Shown here: one piece after another, positions 18,288 through 26,726 of the stretch
How the letters are laid out: each line of letters starts with the position of its first letter
Numbering within the stretch: the first letter of the stretch is position 1
DNA from: an uncultured Candidatus Saccharibacteria bacterium
GTDB lineage: Bacteria; Patescibacteriota; Minisyncoccia; Phycocordibacterales; EsbW-18
NCBI GenBank assembly: GCA_964447415.1
Contig: CAYUSN010000001.1
Coordinates: forward strand, 33,735-97,734
DNA: 64,000 nucleotides
Direction of reading: 5' to 3'
Program-made: the position numbers and the translations under genes
Notes under the pieces: generated by a model
The model's database searches: none
Seen by the model: only the letters and a program-made list of their open reading frames with translations
What the model was told of the DNA's origin: nothing

Positions 18288-18351
18288 ATATATGTAAGCG
18301 TACCATGTTTGCGTGTTGCTCAAAGAGCGCTTTGTTAGTATCTTCTTGGTA

Positions 18352-18442
18352 CTGGTAGGGTGGCGGAGTGGAGAAAAGCCGAACTGCTTCGGGTTTTGTC
18401 CGAAGTGAAGCGAGGTGGGAGACCACGGAGCCGCCCTACTAG
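18352..18442 (+). other. Structured element with a duplicated tRNA-Ser 5' end
   Basis: 19-bp direct repeat 18353-18371 = 18465-18483; 13-bp closing stem, inner hairpin and GAGA tetraloop. Confidence 0.65.
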
Positions 18443-18465
18443 AAAACGGTCCGAGGTATATCGTT

Positions 18466-18552
18466 GGTAGGGTGGCGGAGTGGTCTAACGCACCTGTCTT
18501 GAAAACAGGAGTCCCTTCACGGGGACCGTGAGTTCGAATCTCACCCCTACCG
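18466..18552 (+). tRNA. tRNA-Ser(TGA)
   Basis: GGTAGGG/CCCTACC acceptor, CCTGT-CTTGAAA-ACAGG, long variable arm. Confidence 0.95.
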
Positions 18553-18564
18553 CATAAATGAAGT

Positions 18565-18590
18565 ACGACCGCCACATCGTGGCGGTCGTT
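18565..18590. terminator. Terminator hairpin
   Basis: acgaccgccac-atc-gtggcggtcgtt. Confidence 0.7.
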
Positions 18591-18612
18591 GTGACATCCT
18601 GGAGGACACCAC

Positions 18613-18948
18613 CTAGCGGTCGGGCTTGGAGAGCACCTTCTGAAGCCCCGCAACCATCTGCTTGACCTTGGGGTCCTTCCGCCCCGATGGTTTGCGGCCG
18701 AGAACTTCGTTCTTGCTCAGCCGCCTGATGACATCGAACTTGTCCCCAAACACCGTGAACTGTAGCCGCGCATCCTTCTCCTGAGATCGGAGCGCGTACT
18801 GAGCTTCCACGAGTGTCACCTCGTAGCCGTCACGCGGCACACCGTCGCTGCACGGAAGGTTGTTCTTGATCGCCTCGTCAGTCCGACCCATACCAAGCCG
18901 CTCGTTTGTATATGCGTCGTGCGGCGCCACATAGTATCGAGTCATCAC
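18613..18948 (-). CDS. Hypothetical protein
   Basis: 111 aa, AGGAGG upstream. Confidence 0.6.
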   Translation of the reverse strand: MMTRYYVAPHDAYTNERLGMGRTDEAIKNNLPCSDGVPRDGYEVTLVEAQYALRSQEKDARLQFTVFGDKFDVIRRLSKNEVLGRKPSGRKDPKVKQMVAGLQKVLSKPDR

Positions 18949-19017
18949 TGCCTCCTTTCTGTCTGGCGAGACGATACCACCGGCATACGAAAAACGCCAG
19001 CCGTTTCTGACTGGTGT

Positions 19018-19284
19018 TTATTTTTCTGATTTTTTGAGAAGCGCCGAGAGGCGTGACTTCTTTCGTGCGGCGGTGTTTTTCTTGATGACACCGCGCTTCG
19101 CCGCTTTATCGATTGCTTTATAGGCGGCCGCGAGTTTTGTCTTTGCTTCTTTTGCTTTGCCGTCGGCAACCAAATCGCGAATCTCTTTTACCACGTCTTT
19201 CATGGCACGCGCGCGGCGCACATTAAACACCCGCTTGCGGGCGCTGTTTCGCATTGCTTTTTTTGCCTGTTGCAGTATCGGCAT
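19018..19284 (-). CDS. rpsT: 30S ribosomal protein S20
   Basis: AKKAMR, IDKAAKRGVIKKNTAARKKSRL. Confidence 0.95.
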   Translation of the reverse strand: MPILQQAKKAMRNSARKRVFNVRRARAMKDVVKEIRDLVADGKAKEAKTKLAAAYKAIDKAAKRGVIKKNTAARKKSRLSALLKKSEK

Positions 19285-19339
19285 AACGCAGAAAGAATAC
19301 CAGAATGAACCTTTACGTCAAGTTATGTATACTGAAGGC

Positions 19340-19909
19340 ATGATTTCCCACATCAAGGGCACCGTGCTCCACACCGAACCGGGGAGTGTCATTGTTGACG
19401 TCGGCGGCGTCGGCTATACCGTGCACGTGGCACGTGATACGGCTTCAAAAATAAAAATCGGCGGCACTGCGCTTTTCTGGACACATATGGCGGTACGCGA
19501 AACGGCAATGGAGCTGTTCGGGTTTTCCGACCGTGATGAACTCGCCTTCTTTGAAATGCTCCTGGGTGTTCCCGGTATCGGTCCCCGCTCAGCGCTTGCG
19601 GTCTTGTCGCTTGCAAAACCCGAGACGCTCAAAAAGGCGATTGCGGAGGAAAATATCACCTACCTCACCAAAGTATCCGGCATCGGCAAGAAAACCGCCG
19701 AACGAATTATCGTGACGCTCAAAGACAAGTTCACAAAAGACGGCGGAATCGCCGGCGAGTTAGGCGACGACGCCGACGTGGTTGAAGTGCTTGTTTCACT
19801 CGGCTACTCGCAGACACAGGCGCGCGATGCGGTGAAAAAAATTGATGAAACAAAAGTCGGGGCCTCCGAGCGCGTTAAAGACGCGCTCAAAATCCTCGGC
19901 GGCAGATAA
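19340..19909 (+). CDS. ruvA: Holliday junction branch migration protein RuvA
   Basis: MISHIKG, GGVGY, LFGF, GIGPRSA, GIGKKTAERI. Confidence 0.95.
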   Translation: MISHIKGTVLHTEPGSVIVDVGGVGYTVHVARDTASKIKIGGTALFWTHMAVRETAMELFGFSDRDELAFFEMLLGVPGIGPRSALAVLSLAKPETLKKAIAEENITYLTKVSGIGKKTAERIIVTLKDKFTKDGGIAGELGDDADVVEVLVSLGYSQTQARDAVKKIDETKVGASERVKDALKILGGR

Positions 19910-19911
19910 CT

Positions 19912-21201
19912 ATGCTCAACACAATCCTGCGGACGATCGAACGGTTCATACCGAAACGGCTCTACAAGTGGGGTCAGCCGATTTACCACTGGAAACTGTC
20001 ACTTTTGGGAGCCCTTGTGTACCGCTTCCCTTCCCGCACATTCAAGATAGTTGCCGTCACCGGCACGAAGGGAAAATCCTCTACCGTTGAGTTCATCAAT
20101 GCAATTTTGGAAGAAGCGGGACTCGCCACCGCGGTGTTAAGCACGATTCATTTCAAAATAGGCGAGACGGACGAACGTAATCTCTACAAGATGACCATCC
20201 CCGGACGCTTTTTCGTACAGCGCTTTTTGCGGCGCGCGGTGAATGCGCAGTGCGACTGGGCAATTCTTGAGATGACGTCGGAGGGCGCAAAGCAGTTCCG
20301 CCACAAATGGATTGATTTTGACGCGCTCGTGTTTACCAACCTCGCACCCGAGCATATCGAGTCACACGGTTCATATGAAAAATACCGCGACGCAAAACTC
20401 TCCATTGCGCGGCAACTTGCGAAATCGCACAAACCGGCAACGGTGATTGTGGCAAACGCCGATGACCCCGAAGGTAAACTGTTTTTGGATATCGGCACCT
20501 CCTATGCGCTCCCCTTCTCTCTTTCAGACGCGCACGTGCTGCGCATAGGAAAAACATCCTCAACATTTTCATACAAAGGTGTACCGTTTACCGTTCCGCT
20601 CGCCGGAGAATTTAACGTCTACAATGCGCTCGCTGCCGTCGTATTTGCGGAGAGTCAGAACATTCCGCTTGAAACCTGCGCACGGGGTATTGCAAAGCTC
20701 AAAAAAATCCGCGGACGCGCGGAGTTTATCGAAAACAATCTCGGTATTGATATCGTTGTTGACTACGCACACACACCCGACTCTCTCGAGGCACTCTACA
20801 AAGCGTTTTCCGATTCAAAAAATATCTGCGTGTTGGGCAACACCGGCGGAGGACGCGACGTATGGAAGCGTCCGAATATGGCGGCAATCGCGGAGAAGCA
20901 CTGTGCGCACATGATTCTCACCAATGAAGATCCGTACGACGAGGACCCGCACAAAATCATCGACGAAATGGCGGCGGGCGTGAAAGACAAAAATAAACTT
21001 CACATCATTTTGGACCGCCGGGAAGCGATCGCCGAAGCGCTCAAGAGCGCGCCGTATCTGCAGAAGGAACACCCGAAACACCGTGTTGCAGTGCTCATTA
21101 CCGGCAAAGGCACCGACCCCTACATCATGGGGCCGCGTGGCACCAAATTGCCGTGGGATGATGCGACGGTTGTGCGGGAGGAGCTAAAGAAACTACAATA
21201 A
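19912..21201 (+). CDS. murE: Mur ligase, MurE-like
   Basis: VTGTKGKSST, EMTSEG, FTNL.PEH, VDYAHTPDSL, EDPY.E, GKG. Confidence 0.88.
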   Translation: MLNTILRTIERFIPKRLYKWGQPIYHWKLSLLGALVYRFPSRTFKIVAVTGTKGKSSTVEFINAILEEAGLATAVLSTIHFKIGETDERNLYKMTIPGRFFVQRFLRRAVNAQCDWAILEMTSEGAKQFRHKWIDFDALVFTNLAPEHIESHGSYEKYRDAKLSIARQLAKSHKPATVIVANADDPEGKLFLDIGTSYALPFSLSDAHVLRIGKTSSTFSYKGVPFTVPLAGEFNVYNALAAVVFAESQNIPLETCARGIAKLKKIRGRAEFIENNLGIDIVVDYAHTPDSLEALYKAFSDSKNICVLGNTGGGRDVWKRPNMAAIAEKHCAHMILTNEDPYDEDPHKIIDEMAAGVKDKNKLHIILDRREAIAEALKSAPYLQKEHPKHRVAVLITGKGTDPYIMGPRGTKLPWDDATVVREELKKLQ

Positions 21202-21205
21202 AGAT

Positions 21206-21895
21206 ATGAAAGATTTGGTCAAAGTACTCTTCTTCGTCATTGCGGGCATTTTCTTCATTTCCTACGTGCAGGATGCGGGCATCGGTTCAATCGGATTTTC
21301 CGGCAACAGCACGTCGTTCTCCGCCGGCAATACATCCTACACACGGTCATACGACACGAATGATGACGGTGTTGTTTCTGATTGGGAATACCGGCAAGGA
21401 GAAAAGGATCGCATTGAGGACGAGCTCAAGCGTCTGCGCCGTGATCTGGCACGCACACTGTCCGACACACACGAATCTCCGTATGCGGATTTTGTAACGC
21501 TCTCCCGTGGAAACACCGACGCGCGCAATCCGGACAAAGAATACGTTGAAATTGCGGCAAACTACTCAAACAAGGATTCCGTCATAATCTCGGAGTGGAC
21601 GCTCCAAAGCCTTGCTTCGGGAAAAACGGCAACGATACACAAAGGCATTCCCCCTGCCCGCGAAGGACTCTCGCCGACCAACGAATATACAATTAAACTC
21701 ATCGCGGGGAAAAAGCTTTTCGTCATCTCCGGAGACCAGCGCTCACGGACATCATTCGTTGAAGATACGAGCGCATGGGCCGACAAAGAATGGATTGCCG
21801 AGTTGCGTGAGGACGATGATTTGTGGGACGACGAACACGACGCCGTCGTGTTGTTTGACGCAAACGGACTCGTTGTGGACTACATAAGCTATTAG
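21206..21895 (+). CDS. Exported hypothetical protein (EF-hand-like loop, lamin-tail-like C-domain)
   Basis: N-terminal TM, DTNDDGVVS, EYVEI...W.L, LFDANGLVVD. Confidence 0.6.
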   Translation: MKDLVKVLFFVIAGIFFISYVQDAGIGSIGFSGNSTSFSAGNTSYTRSYDTNDDGVVSDWEYRQGEKDRIEDELKRLRRDLARTLSDTHESPYADFVTLSRGNTDARNPDKEYVEIAANYSNKDSVIISEWTLQSLASGKTATIHKGIPPAREGLSPTNEYTIKLIAGKKLFVISGDQRSRTSFVEDTSAWADKEWIAELREDDDLWDDEHDAVVLFDANGLVVDYISY

Positions 21896-22362
21896 GCACC
21901 GCCCGTAGAAAACAGGATGATACCTGCGGCAACGGAGACGTTGAGCGACTCTTTCTTTCCGTGCATGGGAATTTCAATCACCTCGTCGCACAGCTGAAGC
22001 ACCTCTTTTGAAAGTCCTTTTGTTTCTTCACCAAACACAAACACTGTCGGTTTTTGATACGAAAACATTTTGAAAGCTTTTGCACGCGCGTCCTGCTCTA
22101 CCGCCACCACACGCACGCCTTCTTTTTTCAGCGCCGCAATTGCCTCCTGTGTGGTCGGCACATGTTCCCATGCAACTGAATTTTGCGCACCAAGCGCGAC
22201 CTTCGCCAAATCTTTGCGGGCTCTGCCGAACCGGTCGACGGGCGCGGGCGTGACACCGCAGAGATAGAGTTTGGAAACACCGGCGGCGTCGCATGTTCGA
22301 AAAAGAGAACCGACGTTGTGAACGCTTCGAACGTTGTCGAGAATCACAAAGGTTTTTTTCAT
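21892..22362 (-). CDS. TrmH/SpoU RNA methyltransferase
   Basis: LDNVRSVHNVGSLFRT, FGEETKGL, IPMHG..ESLNVSVA. Confidence 0.92.
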   Translation of the reverse strand: MKKTFVILDNVRSVHNVGSLFRTCDAAGVSKLYLCGVTPAPVDRFGRARKDLAKVALGAQNSVAWEHVPTTQEAIAALKKEGVRVVAVEQDARAKAFKMFSYQKPTVFVFGEETKGLSKEVLQLCDEVIEIPMHGKKESLNVSVAAGIILFSTGGA

Positions 22363-22371
22363 AAACGTATC

Positions 22372-22517
22372 GTCACGAGTTACTAGGGATTTTACTTCAC
22401 TTCGTTCATAAAATCCCAAGTACTCGCGACCCCGACTCGGCTCCCCCTGCGGTGGATGCCTCCGTCTCGGACAGCTAAAAATCAGTCCGCAGGGACTGAT
22501 TTTCTAAACGCTGTCCG
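22372..22517. repeat. Two long palindromes downstream of tRNA-Lys
   Basis: Inverted repeats at 22372-22430 and 22468-22517. Confidence 0.6.
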
Positions 22518-22587
22518 CCCAGTAGGATTCGAACCTACGACCCTCTGCTTAAAAGGCAGGTGCTCTACCAGGCTGAGCTATGGGCGG
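22514..22587 (-). tRNA. tRNA-Lys(TTT)
   Basis: CCGCCCA/TGGGCGG acceptor, loop CTTTTAA, GGTTCGAATCC. Confidence 0.95.
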
Positions 22588-22639
22588 GTAAACGAAAGCA
22601 TTCTACAACAAAAAACACCCTTGCTCAAAGATTTTTTAT

Positions 22640-23344
22640 CTAGAGCCCCAGCACAAAACGCTCCAGCGCAACATCCAAGGACGGCCCACCAGCACGTGCG
22701 TCGTGGTATATCGAGAGCAGTTTTTCTGTAAAATCGTTGAGCTCCTGTTCGGAAAAATGCGTGAGTGCGCCCTTTGCCTTCGTCACCGCAAACGGTTTTA
22801 TCCCTTTTGTATCGCCGCGCGCAACGCGCAACAGTGTTTTTATCTGCCACCACAACGTGCCGTGAATTTCTTCCGGTGCAAAATCGTCCCGCAAAGCGCG
22901 CTGGAGCGCAACCCATGCGCTTTTTTTGTCTCTGCGCGCAACGGCATCGGCAAGAGAAAAAATATTAAACGGTTTTTCACCCGTGTCTTTCTCGTCAAAC
23001 GAACGTGTTTCGTGCGCGTGTTTTTCAAACGCACGCTTTGTCGCCGCATCAGGTTTTTCTGAAAGCACAATAAAAACGTGTTCGGATGCAGTGATGTCTT
23101 TGATACGGTCAAGAAACAGTTCACGTACCGGTTCAAACCCCAGCACAAAATCCAGTACGACCACGTGTTTTTGTTCAAACAACCCCTGACTTTCAATAAG
23201 TTCCGGCAGGCGGGAAAGCGTCTCCCCTTCCTCAGACAGACGAAACACCTGTGCATCGGGGCGCTTCTTTGAAAGACCCGAAAGCATCTTGTGCGATTCG
23301 TCGCGAATTTTTTCCCGATCTGTTCCGTAAAGGACGTACAACAT
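22640..23344 (-). CDS. holA: DNA polymerase III delta-like subunit (short form)
   Basis: LYVLYG.D, GLF, FNIFSLADA, D.R.G...ALE.F. Confidence 0.7.
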   Translation of the reverse strand: MLYVLYGTDREKIRDESHKMLSGLSKKRPDAQVFRLSEEGETLSRLPELIESQGLFEQKHVVVLDFVLGFEPVRELFLDRIKDITASEHVFIVLSEKPDAATKRAFEKHAHETRSFDEKDTGEKPFNIFSLADAVARRDKKSAWVALQRALRDDFAPEEIHGTLWWQIKTLLRVARGDTKGIKPFAVTKAKGALTHFSEQELNDFTEKLLSIYHDARAGGPSLDVALERFVLGL

Positions 23345-23352
23345 AATCAATG

Positions 23353-23469
23353 TAAATTCGAAATACGAATATCGAAATACGAAACAATATCTACATTCGA
23401 AATATTTTAAACATTCGGGTTTTGGTTATTCGGATTTGTTTCGAGTTTCGTTTTTCGTGCTTCGTGCTT
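23353..23469. repeat. 7-nt periodic inverted repeat element at the polA 3' end
   Basis: aattcga-aatacga-atatcga-aatacga-aacaa ... ttgtt-tcgagtt-tcgtttt-tcgtgct-tcgtgct. Confidence 0.65.
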
Positions 23470-25839
23470 AACAAACCCCTTCATTTCGCTCCACCGGCGG
23501 CCCACGGCTGCCTCGGCGACAATCGGCACACCGTCACGCATTTCATCCGGCATCGCCTTCTCCATAATCTCTTTAATTTTCGGCACCACGGAGAGCACCG
23601 CATCGTCGGCAATTTCATAGATAAGCTCATCGTGAATTTGCAGCACCAGACGCACCCGCTCGGACAGCCCCTTCTCAAGAATATATTTCTCCGCATCAAT
23701 CATCGCAATTTTAATGATGTCGGCGGACGTCCCCTGAATAGGCGCGTTCACCGCCTGGCGCTCCGCCTCGGCGCGAATAAACGGCAAAGATGAGCGCACA
23801 CCTGGAAGCTGCCGGCGGCGGCCGAACATCGTCTCAGTGTACCCCTTCGCACGCGCATCGGCTTTTGCCTTTGTAATGTACGCGGTGAGTCCGATGAATG
23901 TGTTTTCGTATTCCGCGAGATACTTCTGCGCATCGGCGCGCGGCATCTGCGCGGTGGAGGCAAGCGCATTGGCACCCATGCCGTAAATAATGCCGAAGTT
24001 GATGACCTTTGCAGTGCGGCGCATGGTGGCCGTCACTTCCTCCGGTTTAACGTCAAAAATTTCCGCAGCAACAGTTGTGTGAATGTCGCCGCCTTCGTGA
24101 AATGTTTTCACGAGCCGCTCATCGCGTGACAGAATCGCGGCGATGCGAAGCTCAATTTGCGAGTAATCCAGCGCGCACAGGGTAAAACCTTTCTGTGCGA
24201 CAAATGCACCGCGCACCGCGCGTCCCAGCTCCGTCTTGATGGGAATGTTCTGCAGATTCGGATTCTGTGACGAGAGACGGCCTGTCGCCGCACCCGTCTG
24301 CACGAACGTGGTATGCAAACGACCGTCAACACCGACGAGTTTCGGAAACGCATCAATGTAGGTGGAAAGGAGTTTTTGCAGTTCACGATACTGTAAAATT
24401 TCGGGAATAATCGGGTGTGCGTCGGCAAGCTTGGTGAGTTCGGATTCACGCGTGGAGCGCTGGCCGGTTGATGTTTTTTTACCGCCTTTCAGTCCCAGTT
24501 TTTCAAACAGCACGTCGCCCAACTGTTTCGGAGAGTTGATGTTAAATTCCCCGCCCGCACGTTTCCAGATTTTTTTCTCCAGCGCGGAAAGTTCTTTGTG
24601 ATAGTCACGCGAAAGCTCTTTGAGAAAGGCGGTATCAAGCGCCACGCCCGTCTCTTTCATCTTTGCGAGAATCGGCGAAAGCGGTTTTTCTATATTTTCA
24701 TACACATCCCACAACCCTTCTTCTTTGATACGCGTAAGTGCTTTTTCGCGCGCCGAGGAAAGCGAGAGTGTTTTGGTAAACGAGAGAATGTCCTCCTCCG
24801 ACGGCGTGGTGAGGTCCGAGTTCAAGAGCCAGACGGCAACCTTCAACTCCTCCATCTCTTCTTCCGAAAGCGCGGGGGACGCATCAGACGGCGTATCGGG
24901 AAACAGTTTCTCGGACATTTTGAACTGTCCCCGGACACGCGCGGACAGCGAACGGAATCCGAGCTCATCAAACAGCGTAAGTACTTTTTTCGGGTCAAAT
25001 GCCTCCTTCCACTCCACCCCAGGCACGGAGAACTCTATCGGTGCGTCACGGCGTATCGTGCCGAGCATTTTGCTAAACTGTGCCTCTTCTTTTCCCTCTT
25101 TAAGCATTTCAATGACACGTTTGGTGATGCCCGCCTTTTCAAATGCGCCTTCGTCTTTTGTAAGGCGTTTGTACATATCTTCGATGCTCCCGAATTCCGT
25201 AATCAGCGTTGTCGCGGTCTTCTCTCCGATTCCTTTGATGCCGGGGATGTTGTCGGAGGGATCGCCGCGCAAACCCTTATAGTCAGGCAGGAGCTCCGGT
25301 CCGAAACCATAGCGCTTTTGCACGTCTTCCTCGTTGTACAACACAGTATCCTGAATTCCTTTACGCAGCGTAAACACCTTTACGCGCTCATCGTCGACAA
25401 GCTGCAGTGTGTCCGTATCCCCTGATGCAATAACCACTTCTATTTCTTTCTTCCGTTTCAACAACTCAACGATCGTGCCGATAATATCGTCGGCCTCGAA
25501 TCCTTCTTTCTGATACATAGGAACGGCAAATGCCGAAAGAATATCCCTTGAGCGCTCAATTTGTGCGATAAGCTCGTCGTCGGCTTTCGCGCGCCCCGCT
25601 TTGTATCCGTCAAACGCATCGTGCCGGTACGTCGGCTTCGGCAAATCATACGCCGCAACAATGTAGTCCGGCTTCAGGTCGTTGATGAATTTCAGAAGCA
25701 TCGCAGAGAGTCCGTACAGCGCGCCCGTCGGCTCGCCCGTTGCGGATGTAAAGTCAGGCAATGCGTGGTACGCGCGGTGAATGATGGCGTGTGCGTCAAG
25801 CACAACGAGTCGTTTTTTCTTTGTGTCTTTTTTAGTCAT
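23407..25839 (-). CDS. polA: DNA polymerase I
   Basis: LDAHAIIHRAYHA, EADDIIG, GDPSDNIPG, DYSQIELR, NFGIIYG, QIHDEL. Confidence 0.95.
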   Translation of the reverse strand: MTKKDTKKKRLVVLDAHAIIHRAYHALPDFTSATGEPTGALYGLSAMLLKFINDLKPDYIVAAYDLPKPTYRHDAFDGYKAGRAKADDELIAQIERSRDILSAFAVPMYQKEGFEADDIIGTIVELLKRKKEIEVVIASGDTDTLQLVDDERVKVFTLRKGIQDTVLYNEEDVQKRYGFGPELLPDYKGLRGDPSDNIPGIKGIGEKTATTLITEFGSIEDMYKRLTKDEGAFEKAGITKRVIEMLKEGKEEAQFSKMLGTIRRDAPIEFSVPGVEWKEAFDPKKVLTLFDELGFRSLSARVRGQFKMSEKLFPDTPSDASPALSEEEMEELKVAVWLLNSDLTTPSEEDILSFTKTLSLSSAREKALTRIKEEGLWDVYENIEKPLSPILAKMKETGVALDTAFLKELSRDYHKELSALEKKIWKRAGGEFNINSPKQLGDVLFEKLGLKGGKKTSTGQRSTRESELTKLADAHPIIPEILQYRELQKLLSTYIDAFPKLVGVDGRLHTTFVQTGAATGRLSSQNPNLQNIPIKTELGRAVRGAFVAQKGFTLCALDYSQIELRIAAILSRDERLVKTFHEGGDIHTTVAAEIFDVKPEEVTATMRRTAKVINFGIIYGMGANALASTAQMPRADAQKYLAEYENTFIGLTAYITKAKADARAKGYTETMFGRRRQLPGVRSSLPFIRAEAERQAVNAPIQGTSADIIKIAMIDAEKYILEKGLSERVRLVLQIHDELIYEIADDAVLSVVPKIKEIMEKAMPDEMRDGVPIVAEAAVGRRWSEMKGFVKHEARKTKLETNPNNQNPNV

Positions 25840-26278
25840 GTGTCGGAAAAATAACCTCGCGGGTGGTGTCATTAATCCATTTGAAGGAAATCGGAATCGC
25901 ATCCTTCGGCACCGCGCCCTCGATGCGCTCAGGCCACTCAATGACGACAAGCGAACGCGGTGTTGCAAGTGTTGCATCCCATCCGAGCGGCTGCATTTCT
26001 TCCCCGCGTTCAAGGCGGTATGCGTCCACGTGCGTCAGTGACGTAAACTCCTTATGGGTCGTCGGGTATGTTTTCTGCAGCACAAACGTCGGGCTTGTGA
26101 CATGTTCCTCTATACCGAGATGTTTCGCGAGGACTTTCACAAACGCCGTCTTTCCGGCGCCCAAATCACCTGAAAGCGCCACCACAGTTGCCCGGTCAGG
26201 GAGCGCCTGAAGCCGGCCTAAAAACGAAGCTGCGCAGTCAGAAAGTGCATCGAGGGACCCGCATATCACATGTTCCAT
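25832..26278 (-). CDS. tsaE: t6A biosynthesis ATPase TsaE
   Basis: LSGDLGAGKT, VTSPTF, HVDAYRL, IEW. Confidence 0.93.
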   Translation of the reverse strand: MEHVICGSLDALSDCAASFLGRLQALPDRATVVALSGDLGAGKTAFVKVLAKHLGIEEHVTSPTFVLQKTYPTTHKEFTSLTHVDAYRLERGEEMQPLGWDATLATPRSLVVIEWPERIEGAVPKDAIPISFKWINDTTREVIFPTHD

Positions 26279-26375
26279 ACTGCTATTGTATCACCACGGC
26301 AAAAGGGTTACGTGCGGCACGTTCGTGTGGTACTGTGGCCTTCAGAATTTTGGTTTCCGACTACGGGAGGTTCCT

Positions 26376-26636
26376 ATGGGTACGTTCGTCCCCGCCACGC
26401 AAGACCCCGTTTATGCGGCAATCGGCTCCCGATGGCCGCGCGAAGTCATCATCCGCATGCTACCGAAGGAAAGGGTGCAAAAGAAGCTCATCGCAAGCGG
26501 CCATCTCTCGATGGCCGGTGCCTGGATTGCCGCATGCACTCACATCGAGCGCGCAGCACTCCAAGGCAAGCCACCGCCACCGGAAACGGAAGTTGTTCAC
26601 AGAATCCTCGCCGAACACTCACCGGAGGATCTGTGA
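26376..26636 (+). CDS. Small hypothetical protein
   Basis: GGGAGG 5 nt before ATG 26376; 86 aa. Confidence 0.45.
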   Translation: MGTFVPATQDPVYAAIGSRWPREVIIRMLPKERVQKKLIASGHLSMAGAWIAACTHIERAALQGKPPPPETEVVHRILAEHSPEDL

Positions 26637-26726
26637 ACCGCGGCTCATGCCGCACCACCACCCGTGCACCCGTCACGCGGTGGTGTGTTTTTCCAAAAAA
26701 CACTCCGTATTTGCTACACTACTGAT

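Noticed and set aside
18372-18464. Self-splicing intron in tRNA-Ser
   Set aside because: Too short for a group I/II core, and the downstream tRNA is already complete.
18288-18653. N-terminal extension of ORF 17829..18653
   Set aside because: It runs antisense through tRNA-Ser; the real start is probably 18287.
24598-25425. Long antisense/overlapping ORFs (also 27810-28502, 31527-32255, 46135-46872, 54790-55584)
   Set aside because: Shadow frames of well-supported GC-rich genes, with no motifs.
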